From Longimicrobiales bacterium (GTDB lineage: Bacteria > Gemmatimonadota > Gemmatimonadetes > Longimicrobiales > Gaopeijiaceae): a stretch of DNA of 64,000 bases. The stretch spans positions 1,955,712 to 2,019,711 of the forward strand of contig CBDBJI010000004.1 of assembly GCA_965206305.1 (NCBI GenBank), written 5' to 3'. The notes beneath the pieces were generated by a model. The model saw nothing but the letters and a program-made list of their open reading frames with translations, did no database searches and was not told the DNA's origin. Numbering within the stretch: the stretch's first letter is position 1; every line of letters begins with the position of its first letter. The translations under genes were made by a program, and so were the position numbers. Shown here in pieces: positions 29,533 through 38,197 of the stretch.

Positions 29533-30591
29533 CTAGAACAGATCCCCCTGCATCCCTCCACCACGCCGGAAGGCCGTGGTCGACAGCGGCGGCGGCTCCC
29601 CATCGAGCCCCGCCTTCCTCGCCGCGGCCCTGAAGAGCGCCCGGATCTGGGCCGCGTACTCCCCTTCGCCCCGGAAGCGGTCGTGGAAGGATGGGTCGTT
29701 GAGCTTGCCGCCGCGCGCCTCGCGGATCCGGGCCAGCACCTTGTCCTTCCGGTCGGGGAAGTGCGCCTCCAGCCAGCGCACGAAGTGGTCGGCCACCGCC
29801 CCCGGCAGCCTGAGGAGCATGAACGAGGCGTAGCGCGCGCCCGCCTCCGCGGCGGCATTCAGGATCGCGGGGATCTCCTCGTCGTTCAGCGCGGGGATCA
29901 CCGGTGCGACGAACACACCGACCGGGATCCCGGCCTCGGACAGCCTGCGCACCGCGTCGAGGCGGCGGGCGGGGATGGAGGTGCGCGGCTCCATCACCCG
30001 GCGCAGGCCGCTCCGCAGGGTGGTCACCGAGACGGTGACGTGCGCGCAGTCGTGAAAGGCCATCTCGCGCAGGATGTCCACGTCCCGGGTGACGAGGTGG
30101 TTCTTGGTGATGATCGTGACCGGGTTCATGAAGTCGCGCAGCACCTCGAGGCAGCGGCGCGTGAGCGCGAGCCTCCGTTCGACCGGCTGGTAGGCGTCGG
30201 TGACGCCGGAGACGGCCAGCACCCGCGGCAGCCAGGAGGGCCGGTTGAGCGCGGCGCGCAGCAGTTCGGGCGCGCGGTGCTTCACGAGGATCCTGCGCTC
30301 GAAGTCGAGGCCCGAGGAGAACCCCAGGTACTCGTGGGTCGGTCGCGCGTAGCAATAGACGCAGCCGTGCTCGCAGCCGCGGTACGGATTGAGCGAGGCG
30401 TCGAAGCCAAGGTCCGGGCTCCGGTTCCGGGCGACGATCGACCGGGTGCCGTCTGCGATGAATTCGGTCCGGGGCCTTTCTCCACCCTCGTGCCCGGGTT
30501 CCATTTCGACGTGGACCGTTTCGAAACGGTTCGGCGGGTCGTAAGGTACTCCACGGCCCTTGAGCGGGAGGTGCATGGGTAGATCGCGCAT
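29533..30591 (-). CDS. Radical SAM protein, PA0069 family
   Basis: ...KGRGVPYDPPNRFE...NPYRGCEHGCVYCYARP... (CxxxCxxC cluster). Confidence 0.85.
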   Translation of the reverse strand: MRDLPMHLPLKGRGVPYDPPNRFETVHVEMEPGHEGGERPRTEFIADGTRSIVARNRSPDLGFDASLNPYRGCEHGCVYCYARPTHEYLGFSSGLDFERRILVKHRAPELLRAALNRPSWLPRVLAVSGVTDAYQPVERRLALTRRCLEVLRDFMNPVTIITKNHLVTRDVDILREMAFHDCAHVTVSVTTLRSGLRRVMEPRTSIPARRLDAVRRLSEAGIPVGVFVAPVIPALNDEEIPAILNAAAEAGARYASFMLLRLPGAVADHFVRWLEAHFPDRKDKVLARIREARGGKLNDPSFHDRFRGEGEYAAQIRALFRAAARKAGLDGEPPPLSTTAFRRGGGMQGDLF

Positions 30592-30641
30592 CCCCCAATT
30601 TCGGCTTTTATTCGGTTCCGCGCAAGAGGAAGCACAACAAG

Positions 30642-31052
30642 GTGACCATCGAACAGCTGGAAAAGAGGCTCAATACGCTGGCGGACCGCACCCTGCGCTA
30701 CCACTACATCATCCAGCTGGGACGGCGGCTTCCGCCCATGGACCCCGCGCTCAAGACGGAAGAGACGCAGGTGCGCGGGTGCATGAGCCCGGCCTGGCTG
30801 GCCGGCTGGCTGGAAGACGGCGAGCCGCCCACGCTCAGGTTCGTGGGAGACTCGGAGTCGGTCATCGTGAAGGGACTCTTCGCGATCCTCGCGGAGGTCT
30901 ACAACGGACAGCCCCCGGACGACGCGCTGGCCGTGGACCTGTCGGATATCTTCGAGCGCCTCCAACTGGGGGAAGCGCTCAGCCCGAACCGCCGCAACGG
31001 CTTCTACTCGATGGTTAAGAAGATCCGCCGCGTCGCGGCCTCGCTGGCCTGA
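30642..31052 (+). CDS. sufE: SufE-like cysteine desulfuration protein
   Basis: ...RYHYIIQLGRRLPPM...VRGCMSPAWL...GDSESVIVKGL...LSPNRRNGFYSM.... Confidence 0.85.
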   Translation: MTIEQLEKRLNTLADRTLRYHYIIQLGRRLPPMDPALKTEETQVRGCMSPAWLAGWLEDGEPPTLRFVGDSESVIVKGLFAILAEVYNGQPPDDALAVDLSDIFERLQLGEALSPNRRNGFYSMVKKIRRVAASLA

Positions 31053-31096
31053 CGCGGCGGATCGCCGGACGTGATCCGGCCAGCCATTTCAACCGG

Positions 31097-31537
31097 CTAG
31101 ACGGCCTCGATCTCGTAGCCGATCCGCCAGTTGGACATGTTCTCGGGGTCGTCCGAGCCCTCGTCCCCCGGCTGGATGAACTGGATGTGGCTCTGGATCG
31201 GCCCGTTGAAGGTGCGGTGGTAGAACTCCAGCTCATCGTTCGCGGAGAACTGGTCGAGCTCCTCGCCGCGCAGCTGGATTTCCAGGTGATCGCTCACCTC
31301 GCCCTCGAATAGCACCTTGTCCAGATCGTTCAGCCGGTTCCAGCGCGGATGGTCCGAGATCGGGTAGTGTCCCTTCCGGGGCATGCGGGTTTCCTGGACC
31401 TTCCCCCCGCCGTTGTTCGTCCAGACCTTGGCCCAGAAGACGAATTCCCCCTTGTCCTTGAAAAACGGCTCAAGGTCATCGAGGATCTGCAACCAGCGCA
31501 AGGTGACCCTGATCCGTGTTCCGCCCTGTCCAGTCAT
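31097..31537 (-). CDS. Hypothetical protein (orphan, predicted all-beta)
   Basis: 146-aa ORF with clean coding-like composition (IRVTLRWLQILDDLEPFFKDKGEFVFWAKVW...WRIGYEIEAV). No family recognised. Confidence 0.5.
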   Translation of the reverse strand: MTGQGGTRIRVTLRWLQILDDLEPFFKDKGEFVFWAKVWTNNGGGKVQETRMPRKGHYPISDHPRWNRLNDLDKVLFEGEVSDHLEIQLRGEELDQFSANDELEFYHRTFNGPIQSHIQFIQPGDEGSDDPENMSNWRIGYEIEAV

Positions 31538-31659
31538 TCACTCAGCTCCTTGGGTGATTTGCCTGCCCGGATGGCTCCGGCCACCGGCTCGCCGCAAAGT
31601 ACCGTCAAGCGACACCCTTGTCCAGTGGCGCGCGGGGGCTGGCCGGGTGGCGCGCGCCG

Positions 31660-32430
31660 TCACCCTTTGTAGAGGATCACGAAGAAGCTGTCGCGGCGGT
31701 CGTCCTCGGCGACCAGCACCGTCATTCTGCGCTCTTCCTGAGCCAACATGACGCTGCCGTGACCGGGCGCGTCGGCGCTCGTGGCGTTCAACGAAATGCT
31801 GGACGAAGCCCGGAGCGACCAGCCGTCCGGGTCACCCGCGGACTCCTTGTACCACTCCAGGACCTCCTCGGCGCCGGCATCGGCCAGCAGCACCTCGACG
31901 CCGAAGGAGAACTCGTCGAACTCCGTCAGCACGCCTGCGCTGTGACGTGCACCCGGGAAGATGGACACCCACTCCGGCGCCGCGCTTTCCGTCGCGGCGC
32001 CGGCGCCGTCCCCCGCATCCTCGCGGCCGACGTCGGCGAAGTACATCTCGCCACGTCCGACCCTGTCCAGGTATTCGCTGACGCTGACCAGGTCGAACCC
32101 GATGGTTTCCCCGTCCATCGTCTCCAGGTTGAATGTGAATCCCGAACCTTCCTCGGCCGGCTCGACTGCCATCCCCTCCCTCAGCAGCATGAGGGTTCCC
32201 GCTTCGGAGACGACCCGGGCGAAACTGGTGCTGACGTCGCCGAGACTCGCCACGGCGACGGTCTCCAGCTGTTCGCCCAACTCCTCGAGCAGTTCCGGCG
32301 CGTTCTCCACCAGGTTTCGGACGGCGAAGATCCCCACCACGACCATCGCCAACACCAGCGTGCCGAGCGCCGCCCCCCCGATCAGCAGGACCTTTGCAAG
32401 TGTGGACATCCCTTTGCGCTCGTCTGACAT
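31660..32430 (-). CDS. Single-pass membrane-anchored hypothetical protein (paralog A of 33988-34860)
   Basis: MSDERKGMSTLAKVLLIGGAALGTLVLAMVVVGIF...; GGAGG 6 nt upstream of ATG 32430. Shares N-terminal, PEWVSIFPGARH and C-terminal ...FFVILYK blocks with paralog B. Confidence 0.6.
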   Translation of the reverse strand: MSDERKGMSTLAKVLLIGGAALGTLVLAMVVVGIFAVRNLVENAPELLEELGEQLETVAVASLGDVSTSFARVVSEAGTLMLLREGMAVEPAEEGSGFTFNLETMDGETIGFDLVSVSEYLDRVGRGEMYFADVGREDAGDGAGAATESAAPEWVSIFPGARHSAGVLTEFDEFSFGVEVLLADAGAEEVLEWYKESAGDPDGWSLRASSSISLNATSADAPGHGSVMLAQEERRMTVLVAEDDRRDSFFVILYKG

Positions 32431-32517
32431 GTTCATCCTCCTGTCCCGTGGTCGGCCTGAGCCGAACATTGTGCGTGACCGGAGCGCCCCGCCGCAAGCG
32501 GGCATCGGCGCCGGATC

Positions 32518-33000
32518 CTACCCCGCGCCCCACTCCTCGATGAAATCTTCCGGCTCCACGCCCAGGCCGTCGGCGATCCGCGTGATGTAGTTGAAGAAGC
32601 CGATCACCTGCGCCGCGTCGTGAATGGCCCGGTCGGTCAGGCCATGGGCACGGAGCGCCTCGAGGTCGCGCGGGGTCATATGCTCTTCCTTACGTGAAAT
32701 CTTTACCGCGTATTCACAGAGCGCCCGATCCGCGGGGGGCAGCGCCGCCCTGCGCCAGTCACGGACGACCTGGTGTACGAAGGCGTCGCCCTGTGCCCCG
32801 TCCCATCCTTCGGTCGTGACCTCGGCTCGGAGGTCGTGCGCGTGCGCCTGCGTTCAGTAGAAGCAGTCGAGCTCGGCGGACACGACGGTGGCGAGCAGCA
32901 CGATCTTCCAGACGCGCCCCGAACGCGCCACCGCGGCGTCGAGTTCGCGCCGCAGCGCCCCGGTGGCTTCCTCGCGGGGGATCTCGGTGATCCAGGCCAT
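32518..33000 (-). CDS. AhpD/carboxymuconolactone-decarboxylase (CMD)-like peroxidase-related protein with in-frame TGA (candidate selenocysteine, C-F-Y-U-T-Q-A-H)
   Basis: Hand translation: MAWITEIPREEATGALRRELDAAVARSGRVWKIVLLATVVSAELDCFY-TGA-TQAHAHDLRAEV...LCEYAVKISRKEEHMTPRDLEALRAHGLTDRAIHDAAQVIGFFNYITRIADGLGVEPEDFIEEWGAG*. TGA (32854-32856) sits at the second Cys of the AhpD CxxCxxxH motif. Absent from the ORF track because the TGA splits it. Confidence 0.55.
32818..32835 (-). other. SECIS-like hairpin downstream of the AhpD-like TGA
   Basis: mRNA sense GACCUC-CGAGCC-GAGGUC (6-bp stem, 6-nt loop containing G) begins 18 nt after the UGA. Confidence 0.4.
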
Positions 33001-33013
33001 CTTTCGCTCCTCG

Positions 33014-33862
33014 TCACCCGTCCACCGGTTCGAAATGTCGCAGCATCTCGTTCCGCAGCGCCATCGCCAGGCCCTTGCGGTCGCGGGACCGCATCGGTGC
33101 GCCGCCGAAACGCACCGTGCAGTCGATGCGCTTCAGCGCGAGGAGCCCGGCGCAGTGCCTGGGGAATGTGACATCGCTCCACCAGCAGACCCGGTCGCGG
33201 GCCGAGGGCGCCCCGTCCGGCGTGCGGTAGGTCACCGTGAGCCAGTGTATCGGAGCTCGGCGCGCGGCCGCGGTGGCGAGCAGCGACGGCTTGAAGGACA
33301 GCATGGAGGAGCCGTCGCTGGTGGTGGCTTCCGGGAAGACCACTACCCCGTCGCCCCGCTCGAGCGCGCGCTCGATGCCGGCCAGCGCGCCGACCACGTC
33401 CCGCTTTTTGGAGCGGTCGACGTAGACGGTCCCGCCCACCGTCGATACAAACCCCCAGTACGGCCAGCGCCTCAGTCCGGCCCGCGCGACGAACACCACC
33501 GGGAGGAGCGACGACAGGACCAGGATGTCCAGGTAGCTCACGTGGTTGGAGACGACCAGGAAGCCGGGGGGAGGGGGCGTGCCCCGCGTCTCCACCCGCA
33601 CCCCGATCGCGCGAAGGATCCCCCGCCCCCACAGCCGGGAGTACCACCGCCGGATCCGCGCCCTCGAGGTTGCGCCGGTGCGGGGCCGCAGCAGCGCAGG
33701 CAGCCAGGAGACGACCAGCAGCGCGACAAGCAGAGTGGTCCAGGCGCCGATGGCCAGCACCTTGAGGCCAACGCGGAGCCCTTCGGCGATTCCGGGCCGG
33801 GCAGGGGGGTCGATTGCGGTCAAGGGCTGGCGCGCTCGCTGTTCGGGACTAAACGTGGGCAT
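33014..33862 (-). CDS. plsC: 1-acyl-sn-glycerol-3-phosphate acyltransferase
   Basis: ...FLVVSNHVSYLDILVL... (NHxxxxD) and ...VVVFPEATTSDG...; N-terminal TM segment. Confidence 0.85.
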   Translation of the reverse strand: MPTFSPEQRARQPLTAIDPPARPGIAEGLRVGLKVLAIGAWTTLLVALLVVSWLPALLRPRTGATSRARIRRWYSRLWGRGILRAIGVRVETRGTPPPPGFLVVSNHVSYLDILVLSSLLPVVFVARAGLRRWPYWGFVSTVGGTVYVDRSKKRDVVGALAGIERALERGDGVVVFPEATTSDGSSMLSFKPSLLATAAARRAPIHWLTVTYRTPDGAPSARDRVCWWSDVTFPRHCAGLLALKRIDCTVRFGGAPMRSRDRKGLAMALRNEMLRHFEPVDG

Positions 33863-33987
33863 GAAACAATCATGCCACCGATTCGTAGGCGGGTGTGCGG
33901 GTGGCCGTGCGGCGGTGCGCGAGCGGACCCGGGCGAGCCGAGGGCAGACCGTCAGAATATCCGGCAAACAACACAGGGGGAAGAGCG

Positions 33988-34860
33988 ATGTCCGATCCTT
34001 ACTACGAGGCCACGCGGAAAACCAGGAAGGGCATGCCGACCTGGGGCAAGGTTCTGTTGGCGTTGGGCGTGCTGTCCGCCGCCGGCTTTGCCGTCCTGGT
34101 GCTGGTGGGCCTCAGGGCCGTGGACGGACTGGGCGACAGGCTGGATTCGAAACTCACCGGCTCCCCCGCCGAGGTCTTTGCGGACATGGCGAAGAACGTC
34201 CTGGGGGACGATGTGACCATCGTCACCGATGATCTGCCCGAAGGCCAGGTGGCGCTCCGCCTCGGGGAGGAGGGACAGGAGGTTCCGGTCGACCTTTCGG
34301 ATGTCGGCGATCTTGTCGAAGAGGGCCTCGCCCTGGTTCAGGAAGGCGTCAGCGAGGGCATGCGCTTCGAAGGGAAGGCGGACGAGTCCGGCGTGTCGAT
34401 TACGGTCCGCGGCCCGGACGGCCGGGCCTTCTTCGAACTGGAGGGCGACGAAGAAGGCGGATTCATGAGGGTTTCCGGGGAGGACCGCGAGATGTTCTTC
34501 GGTCTGGGCGACGAAGCCGCCCGGGCGCCGGGCTGGCTTCCCGTATACCGGGGCGCTCGCCTCCACAAGCAGCTTTTCTCCTACGACTCCGGTGACGCGA
34601 GGAGCGGGGGCCTGGTCATGGTCGTGGATGGCGACCCCGAAGAGATCCGCGACTGGTACGTGGAGCGGTTGCGCGAAGAGGGTCCCGTCCGTGTGCGGAT
34701 GTCGTCGCATGCCACCGTCTTCAATCGCTACCGCGCACGGATCGAGGCTGACGACGGGCGTCCCGGAGGCGCCGGGACGGCGATTCTCATCTCGCGGGAA
34801 GACGGCAACGCCGAGACGACGATCATGGTCGTCTACAAGGAGATGCTCGAGACGCGCTAG
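33988..34860 (+). CDS. Single-pass membrane-anchored hypothetical protein (paralog B of 31660-32430)
   Basis: MSDPYYEATRKTRKGMPTWGKVLLALGVLSAAGFAVLVLVGL...PGWLPVYRGARL...EEIRDWYVE...TIMVVYKE. Confidence 0.6.
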   Translation: MSDPYYEATRKTRKGMPTWGKVLLALGVLSAAGFAVLVLVGLRAVDGLGDRLDSKLTGSPAEVFADMAKNVLGDDVTIVTDDLPEGQVALRLGEEGQEVPVDLSDVGDLVEEGLALVQEGVSEGMRFEGKADESGVSITVRGPDGRAFFELEGDEEGGFMRVSGEDREMFFGLGDEAARAPGWLPVYRGARLHKQLFSYDSGDARSGGLVMVVDGDPEEIRDWYVERLREEGPVRVRMSSHATVFNRYRARIEADDGRPGGAGTAILISREDGNAETTIMVVYKEMLETR

Positions 34861-34879
34861 CGGCGCGCGTGGAGCGCTC

Positions 34880-36367
34880 TCACCGGCGCCCCTCCCGCTC
34901 CGCCTCGAACAGCCGGTCCAGCTCCCCGGATTCGTAGCCCGGGGTGAGCCTCGCGACCAGCCAGTAGACCGCGAACGAGAGCGCCATCGCCGGGAAGACC
35001 TGGTGGAGCGCCCCGCTCCAGGGCAGGCGGTTCCACACCAGGAGGACCAGCAGGCCGGTGACGAAGGACGCGATCGTGGCTCTGCCGTTGCCCCGGCGCC
35101 AGTAGAGCCCCATGAGCAGCGCCGGCCCGAAGCAGGCGCCGTAGATCGCGCCGGAGAGCGCGGTGAGAGCCACGATGCCCTCGGGCGGGTTGAGCGAGAT
35201 GATCGCGGTGATGAGCGCGAAGAGCGCCACATAGAGCCGTGTGGCGGTGAGGGCGGACCGCTCCGACCCGGTGGGGCGAGCCATCCCCACGATGTCGCGC
35301 TGTGCGGTCGAGGCCATCACGAGGAGCACGCTGTCCAGCGACGACATGGCGGCCGCGACCATGGCCAGGAGCAGGAAGGCGCTCACTCCCGCCGAGAAGA
35401 CCCCCGGTGTGGTGAGGAGCTGCGGTACCACGAGGTCGGTGTCGGCGAGTCCCCCCGGGATGATATTGCGTGCGTAAAGTCCGACAGGGATCAGCAGGCT
35501 GTACACGACCACGAACGCGACGGTGGACACCCACACGCCCTTGCGGATCGCCCTGCGGCTCTCCAGCGCGTAGAAGCGCGACAGCTGGCGGGGCTCCACC
35601 GCGAACTTCACGGTGCCGGCGAAGACGACGCCCAGCGCCAGCGGCACCGACACGCCCCCGCCCCAGCGCAGCAGCGGCTCGGTGAGGGGATCGTCCGCCA
35701 GCAGCGCGGCCGAGTCCAGCCCCCCGGCCGCCGCCACCGCCCCCCGGAAGAGCAGCACCGCCGCGACGACCATCACCAGTCCCTGCACGGCATCCGTCTT
35801 CACCACCGAGATGAAGCCGCCCAGGACCGTGTAGAGCATCACGATGAAGAAGACGATGATGATGGCCGCGCGGTACGGGATGTCCAGGAACACCTCCAGG
35901 AGATTGCCGATCCCCTTGAAGACCGCGGTCATGTAGAAGAAGGACGCGAAGATCACGATCACCGCCGCCATCACCCGCGCGGCGGGGCTGCCGAAGCGGA
36001 AGCCGATCAAGTCGGGGATCGTCAGCGAACCCAGCGACTCGGTGAACGTGCGCAGCCGCGGGGCCACCCCGACCCAGGCGAAGAGCGACAGCGCCACGAC
36101 GAAGGGCACGAGCAGGAACCAGGTCACGCCCCAGTCGTAGGCCTGTCCGGAGAAGCCGACGAAGGAGTTGGTGCTGGAATAGGTGGCGAAGAAGGAAAGA
36201 CCGATCGCGACCGGTCCCATGGCGCGTCCCCCGACGAAGTAGTCGGCGACCCCCTTCGTCTCCCGGTTGCCCGACCACGCGTGGTACGCGAGGAGCACGG
36301 TGTACAGGAGCAGGAGGAGGTGGACGATCCAGTAGGTGCGCAGGTTTTCGAGGATGGCTTGTATCAA
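34880..36367 (-). CDS. Sodium:solute symporter (SSS) family transporter
   Basis: ...DYFVGGRAMGPVAIGLSFFATYSSTNSFVGFSG...; about 13 TMs. Proposed TTG start at 36367 overlaps the upstream stop; start uncertain. Confidence 0.8.
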   Translation of the reverse strand: MIQAILENLRTYWIVHLLLLLYTVLLAYHAWSGNRETKGVADYFVGGRAMGPVAIGLSFFATYSSTNSFVGFSGQAYDWGVTWFLLVPFVVALSLFAWVGVAPRLRTFTESLGSLTIPDLIGFRFGSPAARVMAAVIVIFASFFYMTAVFKGIGNLLEVFLDIPYRAAIIIVFFIVMLYTVLGGFISVVKTDAVQGLVMVVAAVLLFRGAVAAAGGLDSAALLADDPLTEPLLRWGGGVSVPLALGVVFAGTVKFAVEPRQLSRFYALESRRAIRKGVWVSTVAFVVVYSLLIPVGLYARNIIPGGLADTDLVVPQLLTTPGVFSAGVSAFLLLAMVAAAMSSLDSVLLVMASTAQRDIVGMARPTGSERSALTATRLYVALFALITAIISLNPPEGIVALTALSGAIYGACFGPALLMGLYWRRGNGRATIASFVTGLLVLLVWNRLPWSGALHQVFPAMALSFAVYWLVARLTPGYESGELDRLFEAEREGRR

Positions 36368-38070
36368 TGGGGGTCTCCCGGGTTCACCAACATGCGGCGC
36401 ACGGCCGCCTTCTGCACCTTTCCCATGGCGTTGCGGGGCAGGGCGGTGACGGCAGTGAATTCGTGCGGGATCTTGTAGGGCGCCAGCCGCTCCTTCCCCC
36501 ATGCGCGCAGTTCCGCGCCGTCCGGTGCAGCCGCGTCGTCCACCGCCCCGCCGGCCCCCGCCGGAACCCAGGCCGCGCGCAGCTGCTCGCCCCATTCGGG
36601 GTGCGGCACGCCCACCACCGCGACGTCGCGGACCGCGGGGTGGGCGCGGTACAGCTCCTCCACCTCCAGCGCCGAGACCTTGTACCCCCCGGTCTTGACG
36701 ATGTCGATGTCGCGCCGCCCCAGGATGCGGTAGTAGCCGCCCTCGCCGACGCACCCCTCGTCGCCGGTGCGGAACCAGCCGTCCCGGAAGGCCGCCGCGG
36801 TTTCGGCGGGGCGCCGCCAGTACTCCCGGAAGACCTGGGGGCCGCGCGCCTCGATCTCGCCGTCGACGATGCGGAGCTCGACGCCGGGGAGGGGGAGGCC
36901 GACGTGTCCGGGGCGGCGCTCGCCGCGTAGCGGATTGGAGAGCGCCATGCCGATCTCGGTCATGCCGTAGCGTTCGAGGAGGGTGTGGCCCGTGATCTCG
37001 CGCCACCGCTCGAGCGTCGGGGCCGGGAGCGCGGCCGAGCCGGAGACCATGAGGCGCAGGCCGCCGACTCCCCGCGACCAGCGTTCCCGCGCCGCCGGGG
37101 CCGCCTCCTCCCAGGCGCGGATCAGCCGCGTGTAGACGGTGGGGACCGACATGAAGAGCGTGATCTCGCCGGACGCGAGGCGGTCCCAGGTGGAGGCCGG
37201 CGCGCCGGAGCCGAACTCGACGGCCGCGCCGGACCAGAGCGCGCATGCCAGGGCGTTGACGACGCCGTGTATGTGGTGGAGGGGAAGCGTGTGGAGGATG
37301 CGGTCGCGCTCCGTCCACGCCCAGGCTTCCGTGAGCGCGGTGATCTGGGCGGTGAGGTTCGCGTGGGTGGTGAGGACTCCCTTGGGCCGTCCGGTGGTGC
37401 CGCTCGTATGGATGAGCAGCGCCGGGTGGTGGGGGAGGGTGGGGTGGGGCGTGGGGGCGTCCCGGGCGGGGGTGGCAGCCGGGTGCGTGGGGTGGTGGGC
37501 GTCCAGGGTGAGGAGGGTGGCGGAGCGCGCGGAGGGGGAGGCCGCGAGGGGGTGGGTGGCGGGGTGGGCGGGGTCCGCGACCAGGGTGCCGGGCCGGGCG
37601 TCGTCCAGGATGTATTCCAATTCGCGCAGCGGATGCGAAATCGCGAGCGGCACCGCGATGCCGCCAGCCAGCCAGATACCGAGCTGCACGGCCACATGGT
37701 CCCGCCCCGGGGGGATCAGGTAAGCGACGCGGTCCCTGGGCGATATGGCCGCTCGCGTACAGGCGCCGGCAGTCTCCGTGGGTGCCGCACAGCCCGTCAG
37801 CAGGGAGTCCCGCCAGGCCATCGCCTCGCCCAGCAGGTCGGCGTAGCTCCAGCTGCCGGATGAGTCCGAGAGCGCGATCCGTCCGGGAAAAGGCGGCCGT
37901 GCGATTCGGGACGGGAGAGTGTCGGGTCGGTTTTCGATCTCTTGGGCATCCGTTGGAGGGTCGGGCCGGAAAGTGCAGCGTCGCCGCCGCGCTCGACAAG
38001 GTGGAGTTGGCGCGTGGCCCGGAGCGGGGCATCTTTTGGGTACTGTTGCCGCAAGCTCTGGAGTCGTCAT
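36364..38070 (-). CDS. AMP-forming acyl-CoA synthetase (MatB/ACSF3-like)
   Basis: ...LIHTSGTTGRPKGV...LPLHHIHG...ERYGMTEIG...WFRTGDEG...DIVKTGGYKVSALEVE...PRNAMGKVQK. Start uncertain; ATG 38070 is the first plausible in-frame start after the repeat array. Confidence 0.8.
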   Translation of the reverse strand: MTTPELAATVPKRCPAPGHAPTPPCRARRRRCTFRPDPPTDAQEIENRPDTLPSRIARPPFPGRIALSDSSGSWSYADLLGEAMAWRDSLLTGCAAPTETAGACTRAAISPRDRVAYLIPPGRDHVAVQLGIWLAGGIAVPLAISHPLRELEYILDDARPGTLVADPAHPATHPLAASPSARSATLLTLDAHHPTHPAATPARDAPTPHPTLPHHPALLIHTSGTTGRPKGVLTTHANLTAQITALTEAWAWTERDRILHTLPLHHIHGVVNALACALWSGAAVEFGSGAPASTWDRLASGEITLFMSVPTVYTRLIRAWEEAAPAARERWSRGVGGLRLMVSGSAALPAPTLERWREITGHTLLERYGMTEIGMALSNPLRGERRPGHVGLPLPGVELRIVDGEIEARGPQVFREYWRRPAETAAAFRDGWFRTGDEGCVGEGGYYRILGRRDIDIVKTGGYKVSALEVEELYRAHPAVRDVAVVGVPHPEWGEQLRAAWVPAGAGGAVDDAAAPDGAELRAWGKERLAPYKIPHEFTAVTALPRNAMGKVQKAAVRRMLVNPGDPH

Positions 38071-38077
38071 TGACCGA

Positions 38078-38192
38078 GTGTTCGCAAGGGGGATCTCAGT
38101 GCCAAATAGTGTTCGCAAGGGGGATCTCAGTGTTCGCAAGGGGGATCTCAGTGTTCGCAAGGGGGATCTCAGTGTTCGCAAGGGGGATCTCC
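38078..38192. repeat. Five copies of a 21-bp direct repeat GTGTTCGCAAGGGGGATCTCA
   Basis: Copies at 38078-38098, 38109-38129, 38130-38150, 38151-38171 and 38172-38192 (last base differs). A 10-nt insert (gtgccaaata) follows copy 1. Lies between the divergent acyl-CoA synthetase and Yip1-like genes. Confidence 0.95.
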
Positions 38193-38197
38193 GGCGT

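Noticed and set aside
38071-38181. LRSPLRT x4 N-terminal extension of the acyl-CoA synthetase (or VRKGDLS x4 extension of the Yip1-like ORF) encoded by the repeat array.
   Set aside because: Both readings exist only because the repeat length is a multiple of 3. Neither extension resembles the respective protein family, and plausible starts lie just outside the array on both sides.
38078-38192. The 21-bp repeat array as a CRISPR array.
   Set aside because: Repeats are head-to-tail with no spacers apart from one 10-nt insert. The unit is too short, and there are no cas genes in the window.
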